Below, in pieces: positions 37,673 to 49,686 of a stretch of DNA of 64,000 nucleotides (its first letter is position 1; each line of letters opens with the position of its first letter). This DNA is from Amoebophrya sp. A120 (taxonomy: Eukaryota > Protista > Dinoflagellata): positions 1,609,907-1,673,906 of the forward strand of contig CAJINV010000009.1 in NCBI GenBank assembly GCA_905178155.1, in the 5' to 3' direction. The notes below the pieces were generated by a model that was not told the origin of the DNA, searched no databases, and was given only the letters and a program-made list of their open reading frames with translations. The position numbers and the translations under genes are program-made.

Positions 37673-40551
37673 ATGGCGTCATCCTCGTCTTCCAGTGGCA
37701 CTCCGTACCAGCGAGTCGGTGGCACTAACTCCGCGCCGCCGCCCGCCGCAGTCCTCCCGTCCGTTGATGAGGCCGCGACTCTTTTCAACGCTAACGAGTC
37801 GCCGCGGCCCCGCTCTCCCGGACGGATGCGGGTGACCCGGGACAACGACCTATCCTGAGTAAAAACGTACCCACGCCAGAGTTGTAATGCAGATTTGCAA
37901 AGACAGGAAGACTTGTAATGCGCATCCCCATGAGAGCCATTTCCAGTCGTGTTTTGGAATTTGTGATGCTGTGAACAGGATGAGCAGATGAATCTGTGAC
38001 GCGACTGCACTTGCTAACCTGCACTACACTGCAGAGCGCAACTTGTCATGCGTGACTCACAACACTCCTAGGCTTGTGTTGCAAAATCCCAATCCTGACT
38101 CTGGTGTGGGTACGTTTTTACTCAGGATACGACCCGGCGCCCCCGCCGCCCACCGGGTGCTGCGCGATCCGCGACCAGGACATGGTGATCACTGATTTGG
38201 CCCCCTTCGAGCAGGGGAGACCGTGCTACCTCGTCGTGTTTCCGATTTTTCTCCTCGCGGTGCTCGCGATGTTCTTCCTCCACTTGGAGTTCGAGCTTGT
38301 GTTGCTCCGGACGCTCGACAAGGAGAAGATCGAGGAAAAAGTGCAGAAGTTCCTGCCGGCCGGGGCCAGCTACTTCCGGATGTCGCTGGAGTCCATGCGC
38401 GACCGGCTGTACGTTTCCGAATTCTCCGTGGCACTCACGATAGGCATCGTCCTCTTCGTCGTGTACTACGTCGGGCCGAAGATGATCGCGAACCGGTTTG
38501 TGATCCCGATCAAGACGCCCATTAGTCTGGCCTACGTGTGGCGGGGCGCCAGTTTCGCGGTCCTGCTGGCCTTCGTCTTGGAGGCGTACGGACAGGTAGA
38601 GCTGATGAAGAACATTCAGTTGAAGGAGGAGGACGTCGACCCCGCCGCGAATGGTGCGCAAGAAAAAATAAGTCGTGCAGTGGCTAGTACAACCACGGCG
38701 AGCATTGGTTCTCTTGCCGCGGAGATGGAAGCAGAGGAGGCACAGTTTGACCTTCTGTCGACCCATCTGTCAGACGGGATGGAGCTGTTTTCGAAGGACT
38801 CGGTCCAGTCAACGAGCTTCGCGTCCGTCCCCTTGACCATCTACAGCATTGCCGACTACGCCTTTTCGAATGTCTGCAACGTTGTCGCTGCGCTCTTCTC
38901 GTCGCCAGGACCAGCATCTGGAGCAAGCAGAGAAGAAGATGCTGTTGCGTCCTTATCTCCTGCCTCTGCGTCGGAGAGAATCGCAGAGAAAATTGATGAC
39001 GTGCCAGCGATTGCAAGGACTAGCGGAAGCGGTCGTGAGGTCGTTGGAAGTGGAGTAGAAGAAAACGCGCCGCCCGGAAGCAACCGACGACCATTTGTCG
39101 TCGAAAACGATGCGCTGCCAATGAACGGCGTGGAGCTCGAAAACGCGACCACATCAGCTTCAGAAGATCGTGATGAAGAACTACACATCATCAACATCGA
39201 CAAGGATCCCGATGAAATGACTCCGCAGGAGCTGGCGCGCCACGAGCGCCAGTACCTGCAGAGTGAGGATGACGCGGGCAAAACGTTGCGCTTGTTCGAC
39301 GCGATAAAGGACATGGAGCCCGAAAACGACCAGGAGGGCACTCCGCTCGAGGAGCAAGAGGATAGGCGAAGAGGACTACTACACGACATTCGAAATAACG
39401 AACCAAAGCCAGAAGGAGGAAGGAATCTTATGTCCCAGGAAGAGGCAAAGAAGCTTTTGTCGCAACGGCAACACGACAGCCCACTGAATCAGGACCAGGG
39501 TCAACAAAAGAAGAAGAAAAAGAACTTCCGCGACATCCTGAACAAATCGCAGACCATTTCGAAATACCCCGGTTTGATCCTCGGCGTGATGTTCTTTGCC
39601 GCTCTGTTCGAGGAGATCGCCAAGCTTCTGACGCTCTTGTTCGCGTTCGCGCGCGTCAAGGAGGAGATCCTCTCTACCCCCACGTGCTGTTTTTGCCACA
39701 GCTGCGGCTTTGGCGACTGTCGCGGCTACATTGTGCGAAGGTTTGAGGCATTTGTGTTTTACGGTGTGTGCGTCGGTCTGGGGTTCATGCTCACGGAAAA
39801 CGTCAAGTACTTCACCATGATCGGTTTGTCGCCGGACATCGGATTTCACCGGGAGGAGGCCGAAACCGAGACCTACTGGATGCGCCGGTTTCTCGCACTC
39901 GTGAGAAACTTGTTCAACCTGCACCCCTTCTTGACGGGGTGCGCGGCGGCAAGGTACAACAAAGACAAACAGTGTTTTCTGACTACTGTTCTGTTTTTAG
40001 AATGAGAGACAAGGAGCATGCCATACCGTCCGTCCGAAAAAGCAAACAAACTTTGTTCATCCCAAAACAGGATAGCGCCCTTCCTCTACCATCGCGCAGA
40101 GGTCGCTCAGCATCCCCTGTCATCCCCCACGGCAGCGGCGGGTTCGTCATCTTCGCGAGGGCAGCCGGTCCCAATTACAGAAGAGGCCGCAGGGACATCA
40201 GCAGCGGCAGAAGGAGAAGCTGCACCAGCTCCACCGTACCAGAGCTTTGTCCGGATTCACCATAATCCGGACTACACGGTGTTATTCAAAGCCTTGTGGC
40301 TGCCCGTTTTGATCCACACCCTGTACGACGCTGGGTCGGTGTTCATCATGCTCATCTCGCCCTGGTGCCTGCTCTGGTTTCCTGTGTTGGTATCTCTCAT
40401 CGCCATGGTGATCTTCTACTTCGACGTGGTTGCGCTGCGAACCTTGAAGATCGACCCAGATTTCTTTCTCGAGGATGCGCCCAATCGGAGCGGTGTCAAC
40501 ACCGCCGGCGGGGGACAAGATGGTATCATGGCACTGCAGAGTGTGGTGTGA
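37673..40551 (+). CDS. PrsW-family intramembrane glutamic/metalloprotease, 3 exons, ~825 aa
   Basis: Exons 37673-37850, 38135-39953, 40071-40551. All four family motifs occur in order within TM segments: FEEIAK (EExxK), GFMLTEN (FxxxE), LHPFLTG (H) and IHTLYD (HxxxD). Confidence 0.85.
37851..38129. mobile_element. TATC/GATA introner, family C (279 bp), 5-bp TSD CGACC
   Basis: 32-bp TIR TATCCTGAGTAAAAACGTACCCAC(G/A)CCAGAGT matches 31/32. CGACC lies at 37846-37850 and 38130-38134. Removal gives RDND-PAPPP in frame. Confidence 0.95.
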
Positions 40552-41125
40552 ATTGGAATTTTTCAGGACCGACCGCACTCTGGTTGGTACCACCAATGGT
40601 GCGCGTGCACCGGAAAGAGAGCGTGAGCGGAAACTGCCGGTATCCCGAAATTGAACTTTAAGGGTGTTGCAGCTAACGCCTTAGACAGGCGATGGACAAG
40701 CGTGGCAAACAAAGTGACTGGTCGTGAAAGTAGACCGCAAGTATCAGGGAGACAGGTACCTGCAGCTGTTCGGAAATCGCGTTTCTGATCAGAGCGCTGC
40801 ATGAGTTTCTCTTGGGTCAGAGTAGCTGTATACAAGTGCGAGACTTCCTTGACGTGGAAGTAGCCAGCCGTCGAGTGAAGATGTTGCATACTTATGCAGC
40901 AAAGAGATTCCATCACAGATCTACTTAGATCCAAATCAGCGCATTTATTCCAGTGTGACGAGCGAAAGGAAAACGAAGGGCTTTTGACGCGGATCGAAAA
41001 AAATTGGTCCCGCGTTCCATGGATTATGCAAGATGTTCCGGCTGGTGGCACTGACACCTGTGCAGTGACTTGACGCGCAAAAAGCGGGCCTCGGATATTA
41101 GCATACCCTGATTTTTTCGGCTGGT

Positions 41126-44100
41126 ATGTCGAGTTCCTCGGATACCGACCCCGGGACCCGGCGGGGCAAGAGGAACGAGGATGGTGATAACCCGCCTCCA
41201 GAGGGCGAAACGGGCCCGGACGGGGAACCAAGGGAGCCGAAACAGGAAGCACCAGCGCCACCGGTTGCGAAAAAGCCGTCGAAAAGGCTAAAGATGAGCA
41301 GCGATAAGTTTCTCACCGTCAGAGACCACGCCCAAAGGGCACTCATGAACTTCTACAAGGAGATCGACGCACTGCAGCTAGTAAAAGTGTCGAGAACGTA
41401 CGTGGAAAAGTTAGACGAGCCGGTGTTTGTGTCGCTGCTTCTTCCTTACTTGAAGGCGACAAACGAGGGGCTGATGGACGAAAGGTATCAATTTTTCGAC
41501 AGAAGCGAGTAATCATAAACAACGCAACTGCACGTGCGATTTTTTTATGTAGATGGAATGCGCCTCTACACCACTCAAATCCAACTATTGTCGTTTGAAT
41601 TTCCACTGTAGTAAGCTGAAGATCTACCACGAAAGTTTGGTTCAAGGGTATAACGAGGCGAACAAAAAAATCCACAGCGCCTTTCCCACGCCGAGCGAGA
41701 GGGAGTTCGTCCTGCGTTTTGCGTGTCATCAGCTGTTCGATTCCGTCAGCTTAGACGGCACCCTGTCCTGGGATTCACTGCTGGAATTCATCATTCATTG
41801 GAGCGACGGATTAATCGAGAGAGAGAACTACGCGAAATTTTTCCTGACGCCGAATCTGATGTGCCTGGAGAAGCCCAGCGCCATCGACGGCGGGTTTCAA
41901 ACGGCCTACTGTGTGGAAAACATACCAAGATACGGCGGAAAATGCGTCATTCTACTCGAAGCCGGGCTGGAAGAGTCTGTGCAGGGCGGACAGGTTTTGC
42001 GCTTCGTCGACCCAATGACGGGGAAGTTGCGAGGGACGTTGAAGGTATCAATGAAAGAGGCATTTTTAATCGCATGAGGTTCAGGAGGACGCACGAGGAA
42101 CCCGCACCCGCTCCAGGTGGATTGAGATTAAACAGTGTTCCTACTAGTCGTCTTTCGAATTGTTCGGTGAGGATTTAAGATTTTCAAATTTGATCAACAC
42201 TCTTCACCGAAAGGTGCCCGTACCCCGCGCCCCCATCCTTGTGCAGAAGGAGGAGGACCCGGGTCCGACACGAGAAGTGTTATCCGTGCAGTACCTCCCC
42301 TACACAAACGTGCTGCTCACGGCCAGCAACGCCAAGTTTTTGATGTGTTGGGACGTCGACACCAACCGACCCTGCAAGAAGATTTTTCTTCACGACCAGA
42401 AGGAGGGTGCGCAGCTATTGACCTTCTCCCACCTCCACTACAGTGAGGAGGAAAAGAGCGTGTTTCTGATCGAATTCGAGCAGGGCCGAGTTTACCGCTG
42501 GTATTTGCAAAACGTGAAGTGGAGAGCATACAACGAAGATGTGTGGGATATCTACATCAAAGACGACCCGAGAATAGTTCCCCTGACCAACGGGCACGGG
42601 AAACCCGTCCTGTGCTGCGTGGTACCACCCTGGAGGATTCTTTGTGTTTGAAATAATACGTGATACATGGTATCAACATGACGAGGCAAGAAAAAACGTA
42701 TACGTGTTGACATGAGGCTACTTCCTCGATGTTGATCTTCATTCGAAATTTATCCGTGATTCAAAAAACAAAACTATCAGATGCTGACCGGCAAGCGCAT
42801 GCTTGCCACGGGTTGTGTGGACGGCAGTATCATTCTCTGGGACACGATTTCCAACGCGAAAAAGCAGCACCTCTCGCAAACCAATGGGCACAGTCTGGGT
42901 GTGAAGAGTTTAACTTTCTCCCCGGAGAAGCAATTGCTAATCTCTGCCGGCTACGACAGTCGGGTGATCATCTGGGACCCCCACGCGGGAACGAAAATCT
43001 CCACGCTTTGCGAAGCTGGGTGCTCCATCGTCGACATTTGCTATCCAAGAAAAAAACTGTGTTAGTGTAACTTTATTTGGCTGACAGCATCACAAATATG
43101 CTCTACATGACAGAGAAAACCTGTCATGCGTGGCTTGTAAGGGAAAATACACATGAAAAAAGAACTTCATGGTTGTGTGGCATGACAGGTGTAACTCTGT
43201 TGCATGTTTTACATTACAGAGTTACACTTACACAGTTTTTTTCTTGCATATTTGCCTGTTAGGCTTCAACAACTACGTCTGCGCTTTCGACAACGAAAGC
43301 ACCTGCAAAATCTACGATTTGAACACGTAAGTCCTGTATTTGAGTTTGTTTTGTTTTATTCAAGTAAGTAGTTCAACTTCATCAAGCATAAGCAAAAGTG
43401 ACGAGGACGCGCACCACTTCAGGATGCTGCTGCAACTATTTGCTTCGACATTTTTTCAATTTTTTTATTCAGTAAATTCAAGAAAAAAACCGCAGCCTTG
43501 AGCAGTTCCAAGTTTTTGTCGCGGACGGCGTTGGGAAAAACACGAAGGGCAAGTCCGACCTGGCTCTCGGCCCGATCAAGTGCATGTGCAAAATCTCCGA
43601 GAACAGAATAATGTTTGCGGGGAGCCGAGTTTTGTTCTGGGATAGCACGCCCGAGGATCCGTTAGTCACGAGCGAGAACCCGATTCCGTGCTTTGCGTAT
43701 TTACCCTATCCCAACCAAGAACTGGCTCTGCCCGTAAAGACCGACATCGTGGTGTGGGACGTGTTTCGGGGAATACCAAAGCGCACGTTGGTCAAGGTAC
43801 AACTCCTGTTGATCTTCGCAGAAGACACTGCTGATGTGACAAGAAGGTGAAAAAGATGAGGCTGGTTAATGGTGCATGACGATTCTGAAATGAAATGTTG
43901 AGTGTGTCAAGAAAACCACCATAAAATAATGATGCAACGTGGTGAAAAATGAAATCCGCACGTACTTTCCACATCCAGGTTTGCTCCAACCCGGTGACAG
44001 CCCTCTCTTCCGCGAGTGAGGGAAAACGCTTCCTGGTCGGGTCAGAACGCGGGGAGGTCGGAGTGTTTCTCACGAACAGCTGCGGAATGCGATTGAAGTC

Positions 44101-47100
44101 CCTGGCCGCCCACCAGACGGAAATCGTTGCGGTCGAAGCGCTGAACGACGTGAAGAGGATAGTTTCGCTCTGTGCGTTTAAGGTGATCCACGTCCACGAC
44201 GACACGCACGACCGGAAGACGACGTTGCTGAAGAAAATCGAAATGAATAATTGTTCCTTTCTCAAGCTGTCGGGCATTCCGCACGGGAACGTGATTGCGT
44301 GTCCCGTGCAGGAGGGCTACGTTGTGTGGTGGAGCGTCGCACCGATCAAGTACGAAGCGGGTGAGCCGCCGGCGAACCACGAGGACTTGGATGCAAACGA
44401 GAAGCCGCACAACAGTCCCGTGATCGGGTGCGCGTTCCTGGAGTCGCATCCCCTGCTGCTCACGTTAGACTCGGAGGGCGTCATCGTTTTTTGGGGGTAC
44501 AGAAAACCTCTGCCCATGTACTCTGTCCACTGGAAGAGCAACCTGGAGAAACACTTCGAGGATAACATGGGCGCGCTCAACACGATATCAAATGCAAAAG
44601 TGTCTGGGTCTGGAATGTTGCCGGGTTTGTCATGCATATTTTGCATGACCCAAAATGTCTGCAATGCATGACCTAGCATCACAGATTTTTAGAGGGCTTC
44701 CTGATGCCTAACCCGCATGACAAATGCCCTCCCCACGTAGCACAAACTAGACTCCTCTTGCTGATCATGCAATGCAGGAATTTTTTAGAGTCCAGAGTTA
44801 GCATCACAATCTCCAACTCTTCCAGACCCAGACATTTTTGCAATCCATACACGACACTGAACACGCCGATAAAGAACCTCGGCGGCATATCCTGTGCAAA
44901 AACATCCCCACACCCCAGAGTTGTCATGCAAATGTGCAATGACAGAAAGATTTGTAATGCGCTCTAGCATGCGAGGCATTTCCAGTCGTGTTTGGGAATT
45001 TGTAATGCTGTAAACAGGACGAGAAAATGGCTTTGTCATGCGGCTTTCCTTGCCAGCCAGTACTACACTGCAGATCGAAACTTGTCATGCAGAACCCCAA
45101 AAACTTGGGGATTTGTGTTGCAGACTTCCCATATTGACTATGGTGTGGGGACATTTTTACATAGGATACGGCACCTCCGCGTCCAGCACATTGACCGGAG
45201 CCGCGACGGCGGACGGAACCGGCGCTGTCCCGCCACCGGCGTCCACGCCGGGAGGCAGCAGCGGCCGAGAAACGAGCGGCTTCCTGTCACCGGAGAAACA
45301 AGCCCTAGAGGACGAAGGGCCGCCGCCAATAACCAGCTGGGCGCAATTGGGTACTTCTACCGAGTAAACTTTGTTTGTCAACAGCATATGGTCTTCTTTT
45401 ATTTTTCAAGGCACGACGAGCAGATGAAGTTGAAGTTTTTTTCTTGTTCGTCTTGCCCTGTCTCTGCTATGTCTCGTCATGGGCTATGGCTAAGTATGCT
45501 GTGTGAAGATCTGCACTTCCGTGCTCATTGGATCCGATATTAACCAGGGGGCGTAACCTCCATGGCGTTCGACCGCACTCACAATCTGTTCTACGTGGGC
45601 ACTGACAGCGGGAGCGTGAGCAAATGGTCCATCACCGAACTGCTGAAGCAGGTGGAGCGGTCCATCCGGCAACGGGAAAGAAAAGCGTCCAACTCTTCAA
45701 GTTCGAATCCCAGTTCCGGGATGCAGTTCCGGCGCAACAGCCAGATCAGCAGCAAGAAGGAGAAGGAAGTGAAATTGCACCTGAACTGGCTGGTCTCTAA
45801 CGCGTTCGGTAACGTGCAGACCAAGGGGCCGGTCGACTTGCTGCAGTACGGAAAGGACAACTTGCTCTTCGCCAGCAACATTTTGCAGCAAACGGTCTAC
45901 CTGCTCGACGCCAGCAATGGCACGATCGTCGGGAAACTGCAGAAGAAGCTTTTGCTATGGAACTACCCCGTGGAAACTGGGTTCCCGCACTTCCACCAAA
46001 TGATTGCCAGCGGCGCCGGGAGTGGAGCGAATTCTTTGCAAACAACACTGGAAGGAGCTGCAAGTGGGGCGAATTTCACAAGTGGAACTACGGCAAATAA
46101 CATCACGGCGACAACGGTCAACGAAGGAGGAGGACCTGCAGGAGCAGTGGACAAGGACGCGGCTCTTGTGGTCTGCACCACCTCCGCGGAGCAGCTCCTG
46201 AAGATAGAAACGGACAAGATCAACAAAACCCTGTCCATATGCTCTGCAAAAGTATCGTACTCGTAAGTACTAATTGCAATCATGCATGACAAATCTTGTT
46301 TCTTAGCCAAATCAGCATTACAAACTCCATTTTTCCTTCTGAAAAAACTTGTATTGCGATTTGTACTAGTGCGATGCTTTTTCGCAGGATAGTCCATCCG
46401 GGAGATGGTGGAGATGCCCGAGACGGACGCCGACGTGGAACACAAAGCCACGGATATCAAGAAGAAAAATCCCCCTCCCCACATCAAAACGGAAATCTGT
46501 GATGCAGATTTGTGGTCACAAATCAGCTTTGTCATGCTAGAAGGAAAGACGTGCGGAGTGTAGTGCTGGCTGGCGTGGGAAAGCGTTGCGCCTTCAGCAT
46601 GACAGAGAGCAACTGGAAGTGGGAAACAGCATGACAAATTGCCTACAAACGAGGCCACAACTGCGGCTCTTGGCCCTCTGGCATAGCAAGTCGATTTGTG
46701 TACTCAAATACGGCATGACAAGTTTCGTTTTCGATATGGGGAGGGGGATTTTTTCCTCTTGATAACGGAACTGCAGGACCCAGAGCTGATGATGAAGCAG
46801 GAGAAGAAGCAGACCGCGATAGAGGGCTCCTGGCGCGAGGAGCTGCGAAGAAAGAAGAAGTTCAGCGACAAGGTTCCGTCCATGTGCTCGCCGGAACGAA
46901 TCCTGCAGGCCAGCCAGAACCGCAGCGTCCGACTGTCGCGCCACAGCGTGTTTTCCGACTCGAGTGAGTACCTCGGGTCCATGAGCGATGCCTCCAACTG
47001 GAAGCCGCCGTTGAAATCGGGGCTAAAGCGCGGAAAACGCTTTGAAGACAGCGTGCAGTCCAGCGGCGACCGGTTGGCAGAAGCACTGGACAAGATCGGA

Positions 47101-47142
47101 GCGGTGAACATTGCTGAAAACTTCAGGAGTACGAGGTTTTAG
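41126..47142 (+). CDS. WD40-repeat protein with N-terminal EF-hand-like region (WDR49/WDR64-type architecture), 12 exons, ~1256 aa
   Basis: Exons 41126-41484, 41612-42044, 42214-42621, 42781-43041, 43256-43326, 43496-43796, 43979-44585, 44855-44887, 45174-45350, 45548-46237, 46397-46454, 46770-47142 sum to one open frame (6 GT-AG introns and 5 TIR introns). WD motifs LATGCVDGSIILWD and GH..GVKSLTF..LISAGYDSRVIIWD; EF-like LFDSVSLDGTLSWDSLLEFI. Confidence 0.85.
43042..43250. mobile_element. TATC/(G)ATA introner (209 bp), 5-bp TSD TTTGC
   Basis: Ends are TATCCAAGAAAAAAACTGTGTTAGTGTAACT and AGTTACACTTACACAGTTTTTTTCTTGCATA. TTTGC lies at 43037-43041 and 43251-43255. Removal gives VDIC-LLGFNN within a WD repeat. 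Confidence 0.93.
44586..44849. mobile_element. TATC introner, family A (264 bp), 5-bp TSD CACGA
   Basis: Same TIR core TGTCTGGGTCTGGAA as 20825-21076, with alignable interior. CACGA lies at 44581-44585 and 44850-44854. Frame is restored (LNT-TLNTPIK). Confidence 0.93.
44888..45168. mobile_element. TATC/GATA introner, family C (281 bp), 5-bp TSD CGGCA
   Basis: Interior is homologous to 37851-38129 (e.g. CATTTCCAGTCGTGTTT.GGAATTTGT.ATGCTGT.AACAGGA). CGGCA lies at 44883-44887 and 45169-45173. Frame is restored (LGG-TSASS). Confidence 0.93.
46238..46391. mobile_element. TAT/GATA introner (154 bp), 5-bp TSD GTCCA
   Basis: Imperfect TIR TATGCTCTGCAAAAGTATCGTACT / AGTGCGATGCTTTTTCGCAGGATA. GTCCA lies at 46233-46237 and 46392-46396. 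Frame is restored (KTLS-IREMVE). Confidence 0.88.
46455..46764. mobile_element. TATC/GATA introner (310 bp), 5-bp TSD ACGGA
   Basis: TIR TATCAAGAAGAAAAATCCCCCTCCCCACATC / GATATGGGGAGGGGGATTTTTTCCTCTTGATA. ACGGA lies at 46450-46454 and 46765-46769. Frame is restored (HKAT-ELQDPE). Confidence 0.93.
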
Positions 47143-47916
47143 CGTACATATTACAAGGCGGCGCTGCAGTTGTGGGCTCGCAAGACCGGGCTGCAAAGAA
47201 GAATTATCCTATGTTTTAGTCGAGACGTCCTCGAAACAACGAATCCTGTAAAATCATTTTCGTTTTCGTTTCACTTGAAATAGTCATGTCACTATCGCTA
47301 TCGACGCTTCGTCCCATTACAGAAATGACATCTTCAAGCATCAAAACAACTTCGAACTTGTTTTCGTTTTCGCTTTGACAAAAGATTGCGCGAGAGAGCT
47401 AGAATGTATCTGCTTATTTGTATGATTCACAAAAACGCAAGCACCACAACGGTGGCAGACAGGAAATGCAGCACGGTCTTTTTTCGAAAAGCTCACGTAA
47501 AAAAAGGAAGCGCGGCTTGCGATTGGTGCTTTCCCTACGACCAGGGTGATGCGAGCCCATGGTGCATTTAAGTACTTGATTATGTTTCTCGGTGTCCCAT
47601 CGTGGTCGTATGTCTATGTGTATGTTTACGAAGGGATGAAACTGAAAGATCGTCGTGTGTTTCGAACTGACATACAGGGAGGAGAAGATGAGAAGGAGTG
47701 CGTGCAGGCTCGTTCCTTGTCAAATTGTCATCGTCTGGAGAGATGGAAACGCAAAGTGTGAAAGAAAATTTGGAGATCGCAGGCTTGGAAAAAAAACTGA
47801 AGATCATTTTTGAAAACCAACTTCAACTGAACGAACGTAGGAAATTCTCGTGCGTGAGCTTTCGCAACAACCTCTTTCTACCACAATTCTTGCACGTTAT
47901 CAGTGCAAAAAAAGCG

Positions 47917-49686
47917 ATGGGTTGGCAGAGATTGAAGTGCAGCCTGGCTGCTTCTGCGGCTTTGGCCGCCGGCGTTTGGGGAATCGAGAAGGAAAAGCTG
48001 AAGACCGAGGACAAAGACGCGGCGAAAATCAGTGACGCGCCGGTGCAGTTTTTGGTCTATTTTTGATGAGTACTTCGCACAAAACTTTTCAACTCGACCG
48101 AGCTTGCAATTTTTCGTTATCAAAAGGTGGAAATGAAAATGAATGATGGAAAGAGCATACAGCTGTTGCAAGCTTCCACTTTTTCTAAAAATAGTGCTGC
48201 TGATGCACGCACTTGCCGATGCCAAGCCACAAATTTATCAGGTATCTGATGACCAGTCCTTTTTGGAAGCCGGGACTGCCGCCGGGATTCCGCCGCCAGC
48301 ATCTGCGTCACCGGGGAGCAGTAGTGGACCGCTTGCCGGTCCCCCGGGCAGCAGCGAAATCGTCGGTGGAGCACCGCCGGCAGCCGCGGATGTTGGCTCA
48401 GGACTCCCCCCGCCGTCTGTTGCTTCCTCATCTGCTGGGCCACCAGTTGTGCCCCCGCCAGCAGTGCCGGCGGCGGATCCGTCCTTGTCCCCTAGCGACC
48501 CCTCTCCAGTGCTGGGCAGCGCGGACCCAGCCCTCTCCGGACCACCAGCGGGTAGTACGCCAACCACCACGCCCGCTTCGTCACCCGATCTCGTGGACTC
48601 GCCCGCGGCTCCGATGGCCGCCTCCGGTCCGGCGACGGGTGTATTTTCCCAAGACGGGTACCCGAACCCCAACGCGGATGTGATGGCCGCGGCCCCAGCA
48701 ACATCCCCAGAGAGCACCGGCGAGGCGCCCATGGCCGCGTCGGACGCCGCTGCGCCGCCCGCACCACCGATGGCCATGGACGAAGGACTCTCCGATGAGC
48801 AAAAAGCGTTTGCGACCGACAACGCCGTGCCGTCCGTGCCGTCCTCAACGCCGGTGGACCCCGTGGTCTCCGCACCGATGTCATCCTCGTCCCCCGCCGA
48901 CGCGTCGTTCGGTGCAGCTCCTTCGGTGCCCCCGATGAGCGCTCCAGTGGCGAATGCGGGGCTGCAGGCGGCCGCGCCAATGGATGCTGCTGGTGCGGCG
49001 GAAGCAGCAACTTCCCCGATGTCCGCTTCTTCCGCCGATGCGGCCGCGGCCGGGAGTACTATCGCCGAACCGGCGGCCGCCCTCAACAGTGGTCCCTCGG
49101 CCGCAGCTGCACCCGCCGGTATCGCGGCCGTGGAGATCGGCAAGAAGGACGAGCCAGTGGCGTACCACCCCTACCCGGCCGAGGACGAGCGCAAGGTGGG
49201 CGAAGAGGAAGCCGAAACCACCACGCCGGCCCCCGTGATCATCGTGAAGCGGCGCCGGAAAATGCTGCGCTCGGAGAAGGACAAAGCGGCAGACTCGTCC
49301 TTCGTCCAGGCCGCGGTGGCCGCGGGCGGTCCCGATGCAGCTCCGGCGCCCAAGGAAGAAGGTGCCGCGGCGGAGGCGGTACGTGCATACTTACTTAATT
49401 TTATGACTGAGTCTCCTGGTGCTGTTTGGATCTTTCTGAGTAGCTGAACATACAAAGTACGAACAATAAACTAGATCGACGTCCAGGAACCTATCGCATC
49501 AAAAGTGCACAATTGCGATCTGAAATATCTACAACTAAACGTAATAAACAGAAACCGGAAGCGAAGGAAGGCGCGGCGGAGGGCGGCGACGCCGCGAAAA
49601 GTGCCGCACTGATGACGTCCCCCGCACTGATGAAAGCGATGCTGCTGCCGGTCGGGTTGGCGGCCGCGAACTTCCTGTTGCGCTAA
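47917..49686 (+). CDS. Secreted Pro/Ala/Ser-rich (mucin-like) protein with probable GPI anchor signal, 3 exons, ~465 aa
   Basis: Exons 47917-48042, 48242-49378, 49552-49686 with GT-AG introns. Signal-peptide-like N-terminus. The C-terminus KSAA followed by hydrophobic LMKAMLLPVGLAAANFLLR fits an omega site plus GPI tail. Confidence 0.8.

Noticed and set aside
20825-44849. The two family A elements might be inserted in opposite orientations, implying orientation-independent splicing
   Set aside because: TIR variants hint at it, but the interiors align in the same orientation (AGCAT.ACA.ATTT...TGCCTA...GCATGACAAA), so the claim is unsupported.
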